Below are positions 49,800-61,316 of a stretch of DNA of 64,000 nucleotides, piece after piece. This DNA is from Paraspadella gotoi. Its lineage: Eukaryota > Animalia > Chaetognatha. The notes beneath the pieces were generated by a model. The model saw nothing but the letters and a program-made list of their open reading frames with translations. It had not been told where the DNA came from and did no database searches. The stretch lies in NCBI GenBank assembly GCA_051294375.1, contig CM119268.1, positions 240,879 to 304,878 of the forward strand. Reading direction: 5' to 3'. The stretch's first letter is position 1. Each line of letters begins with the position of its first letter. Made by a program: the position numbers and the translations under genes.

Positions 49800-50358
49800 A
49801 AGTCAAGATCTGCTTTCAGCAGATCCGACTCTAATAAATTTACTTTGGTCGGTACGTTGGTCGCGCCCTCAAATATTGTCCGGCACTAACTAATGTCATG
49901 TCAGAATATCAAATTATGCTATATTATGCAAAAAAACTGAACGCGAATGACCGTCCGTCCGTCTGTCTGTCTGTTCGTCCGTCCGTCTGTCCATCCGTCC
50001 GTCCGTCCGTCCATTCAACCTTAGCAAAAAATACCAATTACTCGTGATTGGATGGATGGATTTTGTATGTGGGTAGGGAGGTGTGTAATTGAGCTGTATA
50101 TGAAGTTTTGATGGAATCGAAATGAATTATGGTTAAGCAATGTTCACCCAAATATATTGCTCAAATAAAAATAATATGCGTTTTCCTCATAAAATGATGT
50201 AAATCACCAATACTAATTAATTAAATAATTAACTTGAATAAATTAATTATTAATTAAATAAATAATTAGTTAACTTGAATTAATTATTAATTAATTATTA
50301 ATTAATTAATTACCGATAATGATCGTGGGCAGATCCGACATCGTTTGTTCAAACTTGT
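49800..50358 (+). mobile_element. Full-length HINE (GCAGATCC family) nested in another HINE
   Basis: 5' palindrome GATCTGCT-TTC-AGCAGATC, (GTCY)n tract 49950-50010, 3' repeat GCAGATCCGAC plus GTTTG/CAAAC hairpin. Inserted in a T-run; empty sites at ~15120-15130 and ~21430. Confidence 0.75.
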
Positions 50359-50859
50359 TTTTTTATTTCTTAAAACAAAAGTTATAGCAAGCAGTCGCTC
50401 AGATTCCGAAATCAACAAAAAGCAGCTAATTTGAGTGCTTTTGAAGTTATCACGTGACTTCACCTGTATAATGCATATTAAGGGTATTATGGTAACCAAA
50501 TATGAACTATATTGATGAAGTTATTAGCAAGTTATTAGCAAGTTATTAGCATTCTGCAACTAAAGTAGGACAGACCAATGAATAGACATACCGACTTACA
50601 ANNNNNNNNNNNNNNNNNNNNNNNNNGCTTACAACCAAAACCAACTGACTGACAGACCGACGACCGACAAAGACCGAGGGCCGACAGACAGACCGACCCC
50701 TACAGAGTATCTCGTAGAGTTGCTACCGTGTTTCTCGTGGCGCAAGAAAAAAACAGAATGAGGATTTAAAACGCGATAACTTTTTATTTTGAAAATTATA
50801 ATATGTTTAATGTATATTTAAAATCTTATTGTTTTTTAAAAACCTTTTAACCTTCATCA

Positions 50860-50912
50860 GTTTAACTGAATGAAGACTCTAAAACTCAAAAGAGTCGAAA
50901 ACATGTATTAAC
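50860..50912 (+). ncRNA. Hammerhead ribozyme copy with indel errors
   Basis: Same as 57523-57570 with extra homopolymer bases. Confidence 0.6.
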
Positions 50913-51562
50913 AACCAATACAATTCGTTGATAAAAACAAGTAATTGTTTTTTTTTTCTCCTAAATTTTTCAAAACGCAATGAATTGACAGTTTATACAC
51001 AATGTTTTTTAACCAAAAATAAATATTAAAATGAAAAAAAAAAGATAATGCATTGGCTTTTTAATTATTTGTCCATTTGTATATAAAGTCATATAATTTT
51101 AAAAGCATAAAATATATGCAAACATTAGGTAATACTGAAAAAAGAACTTAACTAATGTAATCAAATCAATCTATCATATTTTTTAAAAAACATCGCTTGG
51201 CTGCATATGTATGAATTATGGCAAAACTAAGATCATATAGATTTTTGGTAATCTATTAACTATAAGCTAAATTAATCAGTATCATTAAAGTATTTAAGTT
51301 ATAAGTATGATAGGCAAACAGATGGACCGACGCACTGAAAGTGTCTGGAAGAGGTCCGCCGCGTAAACTAAAACAAGAAGAATCGCCGCAGGCGTGACGA
51401 AAAAAAAAAAACGTGAGTGAAGGACAAGAAAATCAAACTAACTAAAACAAAGACAATTTTCTAACAAGGGCGGTGTTCCTAATACGAAGCGTGAAGCAAT
51501 CACAGCTTGGGCATGAGAGAGAGAGGGAGAGAGAGAGAGAGAGAGAGAGAGACGAGAGAGAG

Positions 51563-52264
51563 ATAATGTAAATGATACAACAACCTGGACCCTGAGCATC
51601 GCGATTAAGCGGCTTATAGGGGTCTTTTCATTATAAGAGATACGTTGGACGTAACAGTCGGGACCGGTAGGTAAAAACAAAAATTTTAAAATTTACGTAT
51701 TTTGGGTAATATGTTTCTTCGATACTTCCGTTGCTTCTAGAGTTGATGTTTGCTCGTTAAAACCACAATTTGAAAACTTTTTGGATCCCCGAACGCCGAC
51801 AGACACAATGACAAAGTTTACGTGAACGGTCAGAAAACCGTAAAATGTAAAAAACCAAAACCAAAACAAAAAAGGTAATATGTAGATTAGATATTAAATG
51901 ATCCCAATCAGGTAACTACTATGTCTAAGTGTGTTCTGGATATTTATTTTTGACACTTCGGCAAGAATTGTTTTTGGTCTGAAGAGTGGACTTTTACTGA
52001 AACTAAATCCCAAAGTTTCCTGACATTTTGGCATTGGGGATTTGTGTGTGGAATATCTCTCGGAATGAAGATATTCAATGATGTCATCTGAAGAGAATGT
52101 TGTCCGTCACCATGCTCACGATTCGTTTGCAGCGCTTTTTTTTGTTAACTTGGTGGTTTAATTTTCGACATTTGCTGCAATCCATAAAAGCAACTTTTGC
52201 CTGACGTATGTTATCGGAAGTTTAAAAAATGGTTTTCATATGCTCGGCAAAATGCAGTTTTTCT
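51563..52264. mobile_element. ~700-bp unclassified element flanked on both sides by (GA)n
   Basis: Absent at the paralogous (GA)n tract 22375-22430; present again at ~58240-58982 and ~62005-62780. Confidence 0.5.
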
Positions 52265-53989
52265 AGAGAGAGAGAGAGAGAGAGAAGAGAGAGTGAGAAT
52301 TATTTATATATACAAAATGATTGACGAAAAGAAAATATATACAGTGTGTCCCTATGGTACTGTCGGTTACTTTTACATATTGTGCGGAATTCGTGTTATT
52401 AAAATGTTTATTTCTGAATAACAATGTCAAAGAATAAGTTCTTACATTTAAGATACTCTAGCTAAACATTCAATCTAAAGAGTCCTCATTTCTCCTCTCA
52501 CTTTTTTAAATTTTAGATATTTTTGTGTTTATTTTAAAAATACATTTTATTTAAAAAAATTACATAAAAAAATATTTTAAAATAGATATAATTATTAAAA
52601 TTTTAATTGGTATAAATAAGTGCAATTAATAAAAACAAATAAACAACTATAAAAATGTAAAAAATTTGATAAAAAATATGCAATTAATTTGATATTTAAA
52701 TTTATTATTTGAAATTGTGAGCGATTGAATTATTTAGCCAGAACAAAAGGGTTGCTATTTATTGCAATAATTTATTATTAAATAAATTTAAAAATATTCA
52801 ATAATGATACTGCATTATAAAGCTCTGGAGCTAAAAAATGAGGTACCCTTTTTACCAATTGGCTTTATGTCATACTAACAGAGATATGACTTGTTCAATT
52901 TTTAAAATTTAACGTATCGCTATAAAATGGTCCGTACTTGTGCGCCAATATTCATTGTAATGAAATTAATGTTTTTTGATCTTTGGTATAGGAGCAGTAA
53001 AGCTTTTCTAAAACAGAACGTACCATTGGACACACTTTTATCTTAAATTTAAAACAAATTATGGGCAGCTTTATTTTAACAAGACATGCGAATATAAATA
53101 TGTAACAATCAATACAATAGCAAAAGGACAATAGAATGTAGTCGAAATATTGAGCGATTGAACATTGTTTTTTTGGCTGGCCTGCTGTATACTGTAATTT
53201 AAATATATAATTGAGCCTTTCTTAATAAAAATTTTGCATAACATTATCATAAATTGAATTTTGCTTTATAATATGTTTTTAATAAAAATCATAAAATTTA
53301 AAAATGATATTTTTTCTTTTATTTTAAAAACAGTTTTCTGATTGGAATGAAAAAACTAAAAAAACTTTTGTAAAAAATATATTTTATAATAATTTTTTAT
53401 GTTAAACGTGCAAAAAATGATTAAAAAACTTTTCAATAATATAATAGTTTCAACTACGTAAAAATAAAAAGGGAGACAAATTTTGACCTTTTTTCTGTTT
53501 TTTGAAACGCTGAAGACATCGCATTTTTTTGATAACTGTTTTTAAATATATTGTTCTAACATTTTATAAAGATGGAAATATGTAATAATAACTCTCCAAA
53601 TATTTATTTTTAAAATATTCTATTTTAGGTAAGAATCGTAACTATTAAACTATTATATTTTATGAATGCTTTCCCCCCAAACAAAATGAGAAAAAAATAT
53701 TTTTGTAACTCGATAATCATACTATCTATCATCTCAATATCATATCAAAATCATATCATATCATATCTACAATCTTTGTTTTGTTGCTCAAATAAAAATT
53801 TTGTTTCCAAAAGCTCCACTCGGAAGCAATGCAATACAAGCAATCCAATTGCTAGCTATAACGCTAAATATATCATTTTTCTTTTTTGTTTTAATCTCTT
53901 GAAATTTAAAAATAAATAAACTTTTTGTAAATGTTTGATTTTTTTAGCTGTTTCTTTATACTAATCTTGTTTTTCCCTTTACTATTTTA

Positions 53990-55410
53990 ATGGTGTCACA
54001 TCAATTCCTTTCCTACTTTTTCCCATTTTTTTTTTCTCCTGCTTCTCCTTCCCCTTCTTCTCCTCTCCCTGCCTTCCTACTCTCTTCCTTTCTTGTCTCG
54101 CTTTATCGGTCAATTTTCCCTGTCTACTTTCGCTCCTTCTACTCTTCCTCGTTCTTTCTTTTTCTCTGCTTTTTTTCTCTCAGGTCTATTCCTCCTCGCT
54201 CCTCGCCCTCCTTCCCCATCCCTTCCTCCCCTTCTCCATTTCTCTTCACCCTGCTTCCTCCTCTTTCCTCTTCTCTCTCCTTCCTTCCTTCCCCTTTTCT
54301 CTTCTCCCTGTCTTCCTTCTCCTTCCCCTCTTTTCTTCTTTCTCCCTTCCTTCCACTTCCTCTCTTTTCTTCTCCTCCCTTCCTCCCTTCCCCTCTTCTC
54401 CCTCCTTTCCTCCCCCTTCTCCTATTCTCTTCTCCTTCCCTTCCTCCCCCCCTTTCCCTCTTTTCATCTCTCCCTTCCTCCCCTTCCCCTCTTTTCATCT
54501 CCCCTCCCTTCCGTCCCCTTCCCCTTCTTCTCATCTCCTCCCTTCCCTCCCACTTCCCCTCTTCTCATCTCCCTCCCTTTCCTCCCCCCTTCCCCTCTTC
54601 TCATCTCCCCCTCTTCCTCCCCCTTCCCCTCTTCTCATCTCCCTCCCCCTTTCCCCCCCTTCTTCTGTTCTCCTGTCTTTCCCTTCCTCCCTTCCCCTCT
54701 TCTCTCCCACCCCTTCTCCTGGTTGATATTCGTTTTTCAGCGTTTAATCTCGCCTCACGCCGCAGGAACCCGCTGTTTGTTTTATCGATGCACGCCGAGG
54801 GGCAAGAGGAGGAAGAGAAAGAGGGGAAAGGGGAGAGAGAGGAGGAAGAGAAGATGAGGAAGAAAAGAGGAAAAAAAGAGAGAAAGAGAAATGGGGAGGA
54901 AGAGGAGGACGAGGTGCGAGGAAGAGGAAGAAGAAAAAAGATAAGGGAGAATGAGAAAAGGGGGGAAGAAGAGGAAGAGGAAAAAATGGAAAAAGGGAAA
55001 GGAAAGGAAGATGAAAGAGAGGAGGAAGAGGAAAAGGGAAAAAAAAGCGGAAGGGGAGAAAGATTGATTTTTTGATTGATTTATTTATTATGCTCAAAAT
55101 GTGAAAATTTTACAATATATGTATGTACCATCTTAAAGAAATGTAAATAAATTAACAAAAAATTTACAAAGTGGATATGAAGAGGAAATAGGGGAAGAGG
55201 AGGAGAGTTGAAGAGGAATAGGAATAGGGGAAAAGGAGATAAGGAATAGGGGGAGAGGAGAAAGTAAAAGGAGGAGAGAAATAGGGGGAAGAGGAGGCAA
55301 GAGGGGTAAGAAGAGGAGGAGTAAAGGGGGAAGAGGAGGAAGAGAAGTAAGAAGGAAAGAGAAGTAAGAGGAGAAGAGAATAGGGAACAGAGAAGGAAGA
55401 GGAGTATTGG
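53990..55410. repeat. Long CT-rich then GA-rich low-complexity tracts around a short unique core
   Basis: Pyrimidine tract 54000-54720, purine tracts 54800-55070 and 55180-55405; paralog at 30660-31164. Confidence 0.9.
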
Positions 55411-55541
55411 TGACATAATTAGCGATAAAAAAACCCATAACTAACTTCATTGATTTCTTTTTTTTTTTTTTTTTAATAACTGAATTATAGTTAAAAAAGG
55501 CAAATTTGAATTAGTTACAACAACAATTTATTTTCAAAGAA

Positions 55542-55585
55542 AACATACATGTTTCGGCTTTTGCTACAAGCCTTCTTCAAGCGTC
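55542..55585 (-). ncRNA. Second-family minimal hammerhead ribozyme
   Basis: Minus strand GACG CT(T)GAAGA A GGCTT-GTAGCAA-AAGCC GAAAC ATGTA TGTT; one extra T in the core; AATAAA downstream. Confidence 0.6.
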
Positions 55586-56257
55586 AATTAGTTAAAATGG
55601 GATAAATAGAGACACAGAAAAAACTGAGAAAATTTTCTTAATCTCTCATCTATCTCTCTCTCTCTCCCTTTCTTCTGCACATAAATTTTTCTCTATTTCA
55701 AAAAACTGTTAAACGCCGTGAAGTCTTGAAAACAAAAGCCGTAGATGTCCGTTAGTATTAAAAAATACTGTTACATAAACTAATTCAAACTTTTACTAAG
55801 TTTTTTTTCATCCTAAAAGCGAGATGTCTTAGCTAAAGATAATGTAGAAGAAGCCAATGATAAAACAATCAAATATTCTGTAAATTTCCATTGCAGTAAA
55901 TGTAACTAACATCTGATATTTTTTTATTTATATCATAAACAAACAAAAAACTGATGCAGAATTTGAGTTTGTATATGCAAATTCTGATGTTCCACTAGTG
56001 AGAATAACCAACAATGGTTGGTATATATGGTTTGTATGTGGTTTGTATATATCATTAATTTGTGGAAAGATTCAAAAACAACATGAATAATGTTTATTAT
56101 CAGTCCAATGTTTCTTTCTTATTTAGAAAATATTTTTTTTCTATCCAAAAACGAATCTAGAGAAATAGAGATGGATCAAATTCCAAGCAGAAAAAAAATG
56201 CCATGTCCATGAAAAACCTCAAATTGGTTTTAGTCAATCTTAAAAAATCCATGACCA

Positions 56258-56328
<71 letters not shown>

Positions 56329-57522
56329 CTTAGAGAGAAGTCGGATGATTAACTAATTCATTTTCCGTCACTCAGTTCAAGTCTACATTTTTTTTTCAAA
56401 ATGCGAAAGAGAAGGAAACGAATACGACCACCACGACGATGATGATGACGATGATGATGATGACGATGATGACGATGATGACCAAAAAGACGACCAGAGT
56501 TATGGCCGAAATAATGACCAGGAAGTGGCTCACAGACGACAACGACGAGACGATTAAGGCAAACAATGTCATACCAGAATTATGACATCCAAAAAAATGA
56601 GACAAAAACGACAAAGACGACGACGAAAATGACGACGACGACGAAAATGAGACGACGACGACCACGGCGACTTTAAGAAGATATGATCATAACAACACAA
56701 CAACCATTTCTAAACTGAACGACGAAACTAACATAAGACAACAACAAATAACAACCAACCAGAATCTCACTGTAATTAAACAATGAAAAAAGAATGAATA
56801 CCTTTTGTGCCTCTAGACTTCACAGGCGTGACATTTAGACGACGACGACAACGACGACGACGACGACGTGTGAATTCGCCTTTTTTTGCAAAACGGAATA
56901 GACAGATCGTTCTATGCAAATGGTCTTGGCGAAAAAAGGTAAAAAAAAAAAAGAAAAGAAAAAAAAAAAGAAAAGGAAAAAGAAAAAAAGAAAAAAAGAA
57001 AAGCCGCGAAAAGAAAAGAAAAGAAAAGAAAAAAAAAGAAAAGAAAAGAAAAAGAAAAGAAAAAAAGAAGAAAAAGAAAAGAAAAAAAAGAAAAGAAAAG
57101 AGAAAGAAAAAAAAAAAAAAAGAAAAGAAAAGGAAAAAAAGAAAAAAGAAAAGAAAAGAAAGAAAAAAAAAGAAAAGAAAAAAAAAAAGAGAAGAGAAAA
57201 ATAAAAAGGTAAACTTATTTCATAACCTCACTTCGTATCAATACTCTTGTAATTCATTGCATCTCAAAGTTTGACAGGTCTCGTTGAAATATATTTTGTC
57301 ACTGAGGGTCATAAACTGACAAAGAAATTACTCACTCTTCTATCGTATTTGGTAAAAAGATGATAACAAAATTGAATCTGGCTGTATAAGTCACAGTATT
57401 CTTAAACTTTTTTAAATGAAAAGATATTTAGTAAAAGGCATCTAACTTTTTTATTTTGAAAATTATAATATGTTTATGTATATTTAAAATCTTATTGTTT
57501 TTTAACCTTTTAACCTTCATCA

Positions 57523-57570
57523 GTTAACTGATGAAGACTCTAAAACTCAAGAGTCGAAACATGTATTAAC
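57523..57570 (+). ncRNA. Minimal type I hammerhead ribozyme
   Basis: GTTAA CTGATGA A GACTCT-AAAACTCA-AGAGTC GAAAC AT GTA TTAAC: core boxes, 6-bp stem II, 5-bp stem I, palindromic ACATGT stem III, GUA cleavage triplet. Confidence 0.85.
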
Positions 57571-60500
57571 AACAATACAATTCGTTGATAAAAACAAGTA
57601 AATTGTTTTTTTTTCTCCTAAATTTCAAAACGCAATGAAATTGACAGTTTATACACAATGTTTTTTAACCAAAATAAATAAATATTAAATGAAAAAAAAA
57701 GAATATGCATTGGCTTTTTAATTATTTGTCCATTTGTATATAAAGTCATATAATTTTAAAAGCATAAAATATATGCAAAACAATTAGGTAATAACTAAAA
57801 AAGAACTTACTAATCAATCAATCAATTATCATATTTTTTTAAAACATCGCTTGGCTGCATATGTATGAATTATGCAAACTAAAAAGATCATATAGATTTT
57901 TGTACTATTAACTATAAGCTAAATTAATCCAGTATCATTTAAGTCATTTAAGTTATAAGTATGATAGGCAAACAGATGGACCGACCAACTGAAAAGTGTC
58001 TGGAAGAGTCGCCGCGTAAACTAAAACAAGAAGAATCGCCGCAGGCGTGACGAAAAAAAAAAAACGTGAGTGAGAGGACAAGTTATCAAATCAACTTAAC
58101 CTTATAAACGGAAAGACAATTTCTAATCAGGTGCGGTGTTCCTAATACCGATTGAACTAGGTCGTGAGCAATCTACAGGCTTGGGCTATGAGACGTAGAG
58201 AGGGCAGAGAGAGACTGAGAGAGAGAGAGAGAGAGAGAAGACGATAAATGATTAAATGATACATTTTTGGACTAACCTGGACCCTGAGCTCGCGATTAAG
58301 CCGGCCTTATAGAGCAGGTCTTTGTCATTAAAAGATACCGTGGAGTACGTGACGGAGTAAGATAACAAATATTTTAAATATTTACGTATTTATGGAGTAT
58401 GTTCTCATACTTACGTTGCCTGAGGTTGCTTTAAAACACGCTACATTTGAAGGAATTTTGCGAGTAGCCCGAACCCGACCAGACCACAAGAAAAGTGTAC
58501 GTGAACGGTCAGAATAACCGTAAATATGTATAAATATATCCTAAAACATATGACTATAAACAAGTAAAAGTATGATGTAGGATTAGTATATTAAATTGAT
58601 CCCAATCAGGTAACTATCTATGTCTAGTGTGTTCTTGGATATATTATTTATGAACTTCGGCTAAGAATTAGTTTTGGCTCTGAAGTAGGACTGTGTTACT
58701 GACACTAATCCCAAAGTTTCTGACTATTTTTGCATTGGGGATTTGTGTGTGGAAATATCGTCTCGGAATGAAGATATTCAAATATGTCAATTCTGAAGAG
58801 AAATGTTGTCCGTATCACCATGCTCAACGATTCGTTTTGTTCAGCGGTTTTTTTTGTTAACTTGGTGGTTTAATTTTCGACATTTTGCTCAACTTCATAA
58901 AAGCAACATTTTTTTGTGCACGTATGTTATCGGAAGTTTATAAAAAGGTTTTTCATATGCTTCCGGCAAATGCAGTTTTTCTGAGAGAGAGAGAGCAGAG
59001 AGAGACAGAGAGAGAGAGTGAGAATTATTTTATATATTACAAAATGAATTGTACGAAAAGAAAATATATACAGTCGTGTCCCTATTGGTACTGTCGTTGA
59101 CTTATTACATATTGTGCGGAATTCGTGTTATTAAAATGTTTATTTCTGAATAACAATGTCAAAGATAAGTTCTTACATTTAAGATACTCTACTAAACATT
59201 CAATCTAAATGAGTCCTCATTTCTCACTTTTTTAATTTTTAGATATTTTGTGTTATTTTAAAATACATTTTATTAAAAAAAATTACATAAAAAAATATTT
59301 TAAATAGATATAAATTATTAAAATTTTAATTGGTATAAAATAAGTGCATTAATAAAAACAAATAAACAACTATAAAAAAATGTAAAAATTGATAAAAATA
59401 TGCCAATTAATTTGATATTTAAATTTTATTATTTGAAATTGTGAGCGATTGAATTATTTAGCCAGAACAAAAGGGTTGCTATTTATTCAATAATTTATTA
59501 TTAAATAAATTTAAAAATTATTCAATAATGATTACTGCATTATAAAAGCTCTGGAGCTAAAAAATGAGGTACCCTTTTTACCAATTGCTTTATGTCATAA
59601 CTACAGGAGTATGACTTGTTCAATTTTTAAAATTTAAGTATCCTATAAAATGGTCCGTACTTGTGCGCATATTCATTGTAATGAATTAAATTTTTTTGAT
59701 CTGGTATAGGAGCAGTAAGCTTTTCTTAACAGACAGTACCATTGGGACACACTTTTATCTTTAAATTTAAAAACAATTATGGGCAGCTTTATTTTAAAAA
59801 AGACATCGATATANNNNNNNNNNNNNNNNNNNNNNNNNTGAGGAGGAAGCATTAGTAGAGAACTCTCGCTGTTCAGCAACTGAGATACCCGACCCTCTAT
59901 GAGCCAATTTACTTTGTCGGATCTCCTCTCCTCTCGCTGGCTCCCGCCTACCCCTCAAATCATTGATTCTCCGCGTTGCATATGTGTCACCTCACTCATC
60001 GTTCATATGTCAGAATATCAAATTATGCTATATTATGCAAAAAACACTCCATATGACCGTTCCCCCTGTCCTTCGTGTTCCTACTGTCTCCATACTGTCC
60101 TCTGTTTCCGTCCCGTATCTTTGTCCCTCCTTTTTCGTCCTCTCCTCCTCGTCCGTTCCGTTCCCACTTTCTCAACCTTCTTCTTCAGCACAAATTCTTC
60201 CAATACCCAATTATCTCTTATTGTGCTTTGGAAATAACCATCTGATCGGAATCCATTCGTTCGTTCGATTCTTCGTTGTCTATAACACAATCCTAACATT
60301 TTACCTTGCGGAAAAATTAGCTGCTCACACATCTATCACGTTTTCTTCCTTTTATTAGAGCCCTACTTTGCTCATCTTTCACAGTACTCTTTTGATGGAT
60401 CTCTCGAAATACATCACTCTCATGGTTTCAAAGCAATGTTCAATACCATAATTATACCTCTCCAAATACACCCAAAATAATATGCGTTTTCCTCATAAAA

Positions 60501-61268
60501 GATTCGCTAACTCACCAATAAGCTCCAATCTAATTGAGAAATTAATTAACACGTTGTAAATATATACTCTATATTTAATAAATATAATAGTTAACTTGAA
60601 TTTAAATTTTATATATTATATTATTATATCTATACATTCTACTCGCATATTATCTGACTCTGCTGCGCAGTATCCCGTACTTATGTCTGCTTTTGCTTTC
60701 CAAACTTGCTTTTTTTTATTTCTTACCATAACTATTATAAAATGCTTCTCTATTTTGCAAGTCAGTTCTCCGCTCAGATCTCCGAAATCAATCCAAACAT
60801 ATCAGCTTATCTCTGAGTCCTTTTGTAAGTTATTCCACTAGTGACCTCTCATACTCTCGGTCATTCATCTAACTGTCCTTACTTACAGTCTCTTCTGGCT
60901 CCTCTATCTCTATAGGTATCTACCAAATATGAACATATATTGATTGAAGTTTACTATAGCAAGTTATTAGCAACGTTTCATAGCATCTGCCAACTAAAAG
61001 TAGGGATCAGACTCATGAATAGACATACCGACTTACAAACCAACCAACTGACTTGAATCCAGGACCGATCCCTCGACCGATCAGTGGACCGACCTACAGA
61101 CAACCCGACCCCCAGCGTATCTCGTAGAGTTGCTACGTGATTCTTCGTGGCGCAAGAAAAACAAGAATGAGGATTTTAAACGCGATTAACTTTTTTATTT
61201 GAAAATTTAAATATGTTTATGTTATACTTTTAAAATCTTATTGTTTTTAACCTTTTAACCTTCATCAC

Positions 61269-61316
61269 GTTAACTGATGAAGACTCTAAAACTCAAGAGT
61301 CGAAACATGTATTAAC
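61269..61316 (+). ncRNA. Minimal type I hammerhead ribozyme
   Basis: Identical core and stems to 57523-57570. Confidence 0.85.

Larger units (their letters stand above)
44968..57430. repeat. Segmental duplicate of ~8.4-42.5 kb lacking the large inserts
   Basis: 45.6-50.6 kb ~ 10.5-15.4 kb; 50.6-54.8 kb ~ 21.7-23.3 plus 29.6-31.2 kb; 55.9-57.4 kb ~ 41.1-42.5 kb. Confidence 0.9.

Noticed and set aside
53990-55075. 361-aa ORF and other long S/L/P/F- or R/E/K-rich ORFs
   Set aside because: Translations of CT/GA low-complexity tracts, open in several frames on both strands.
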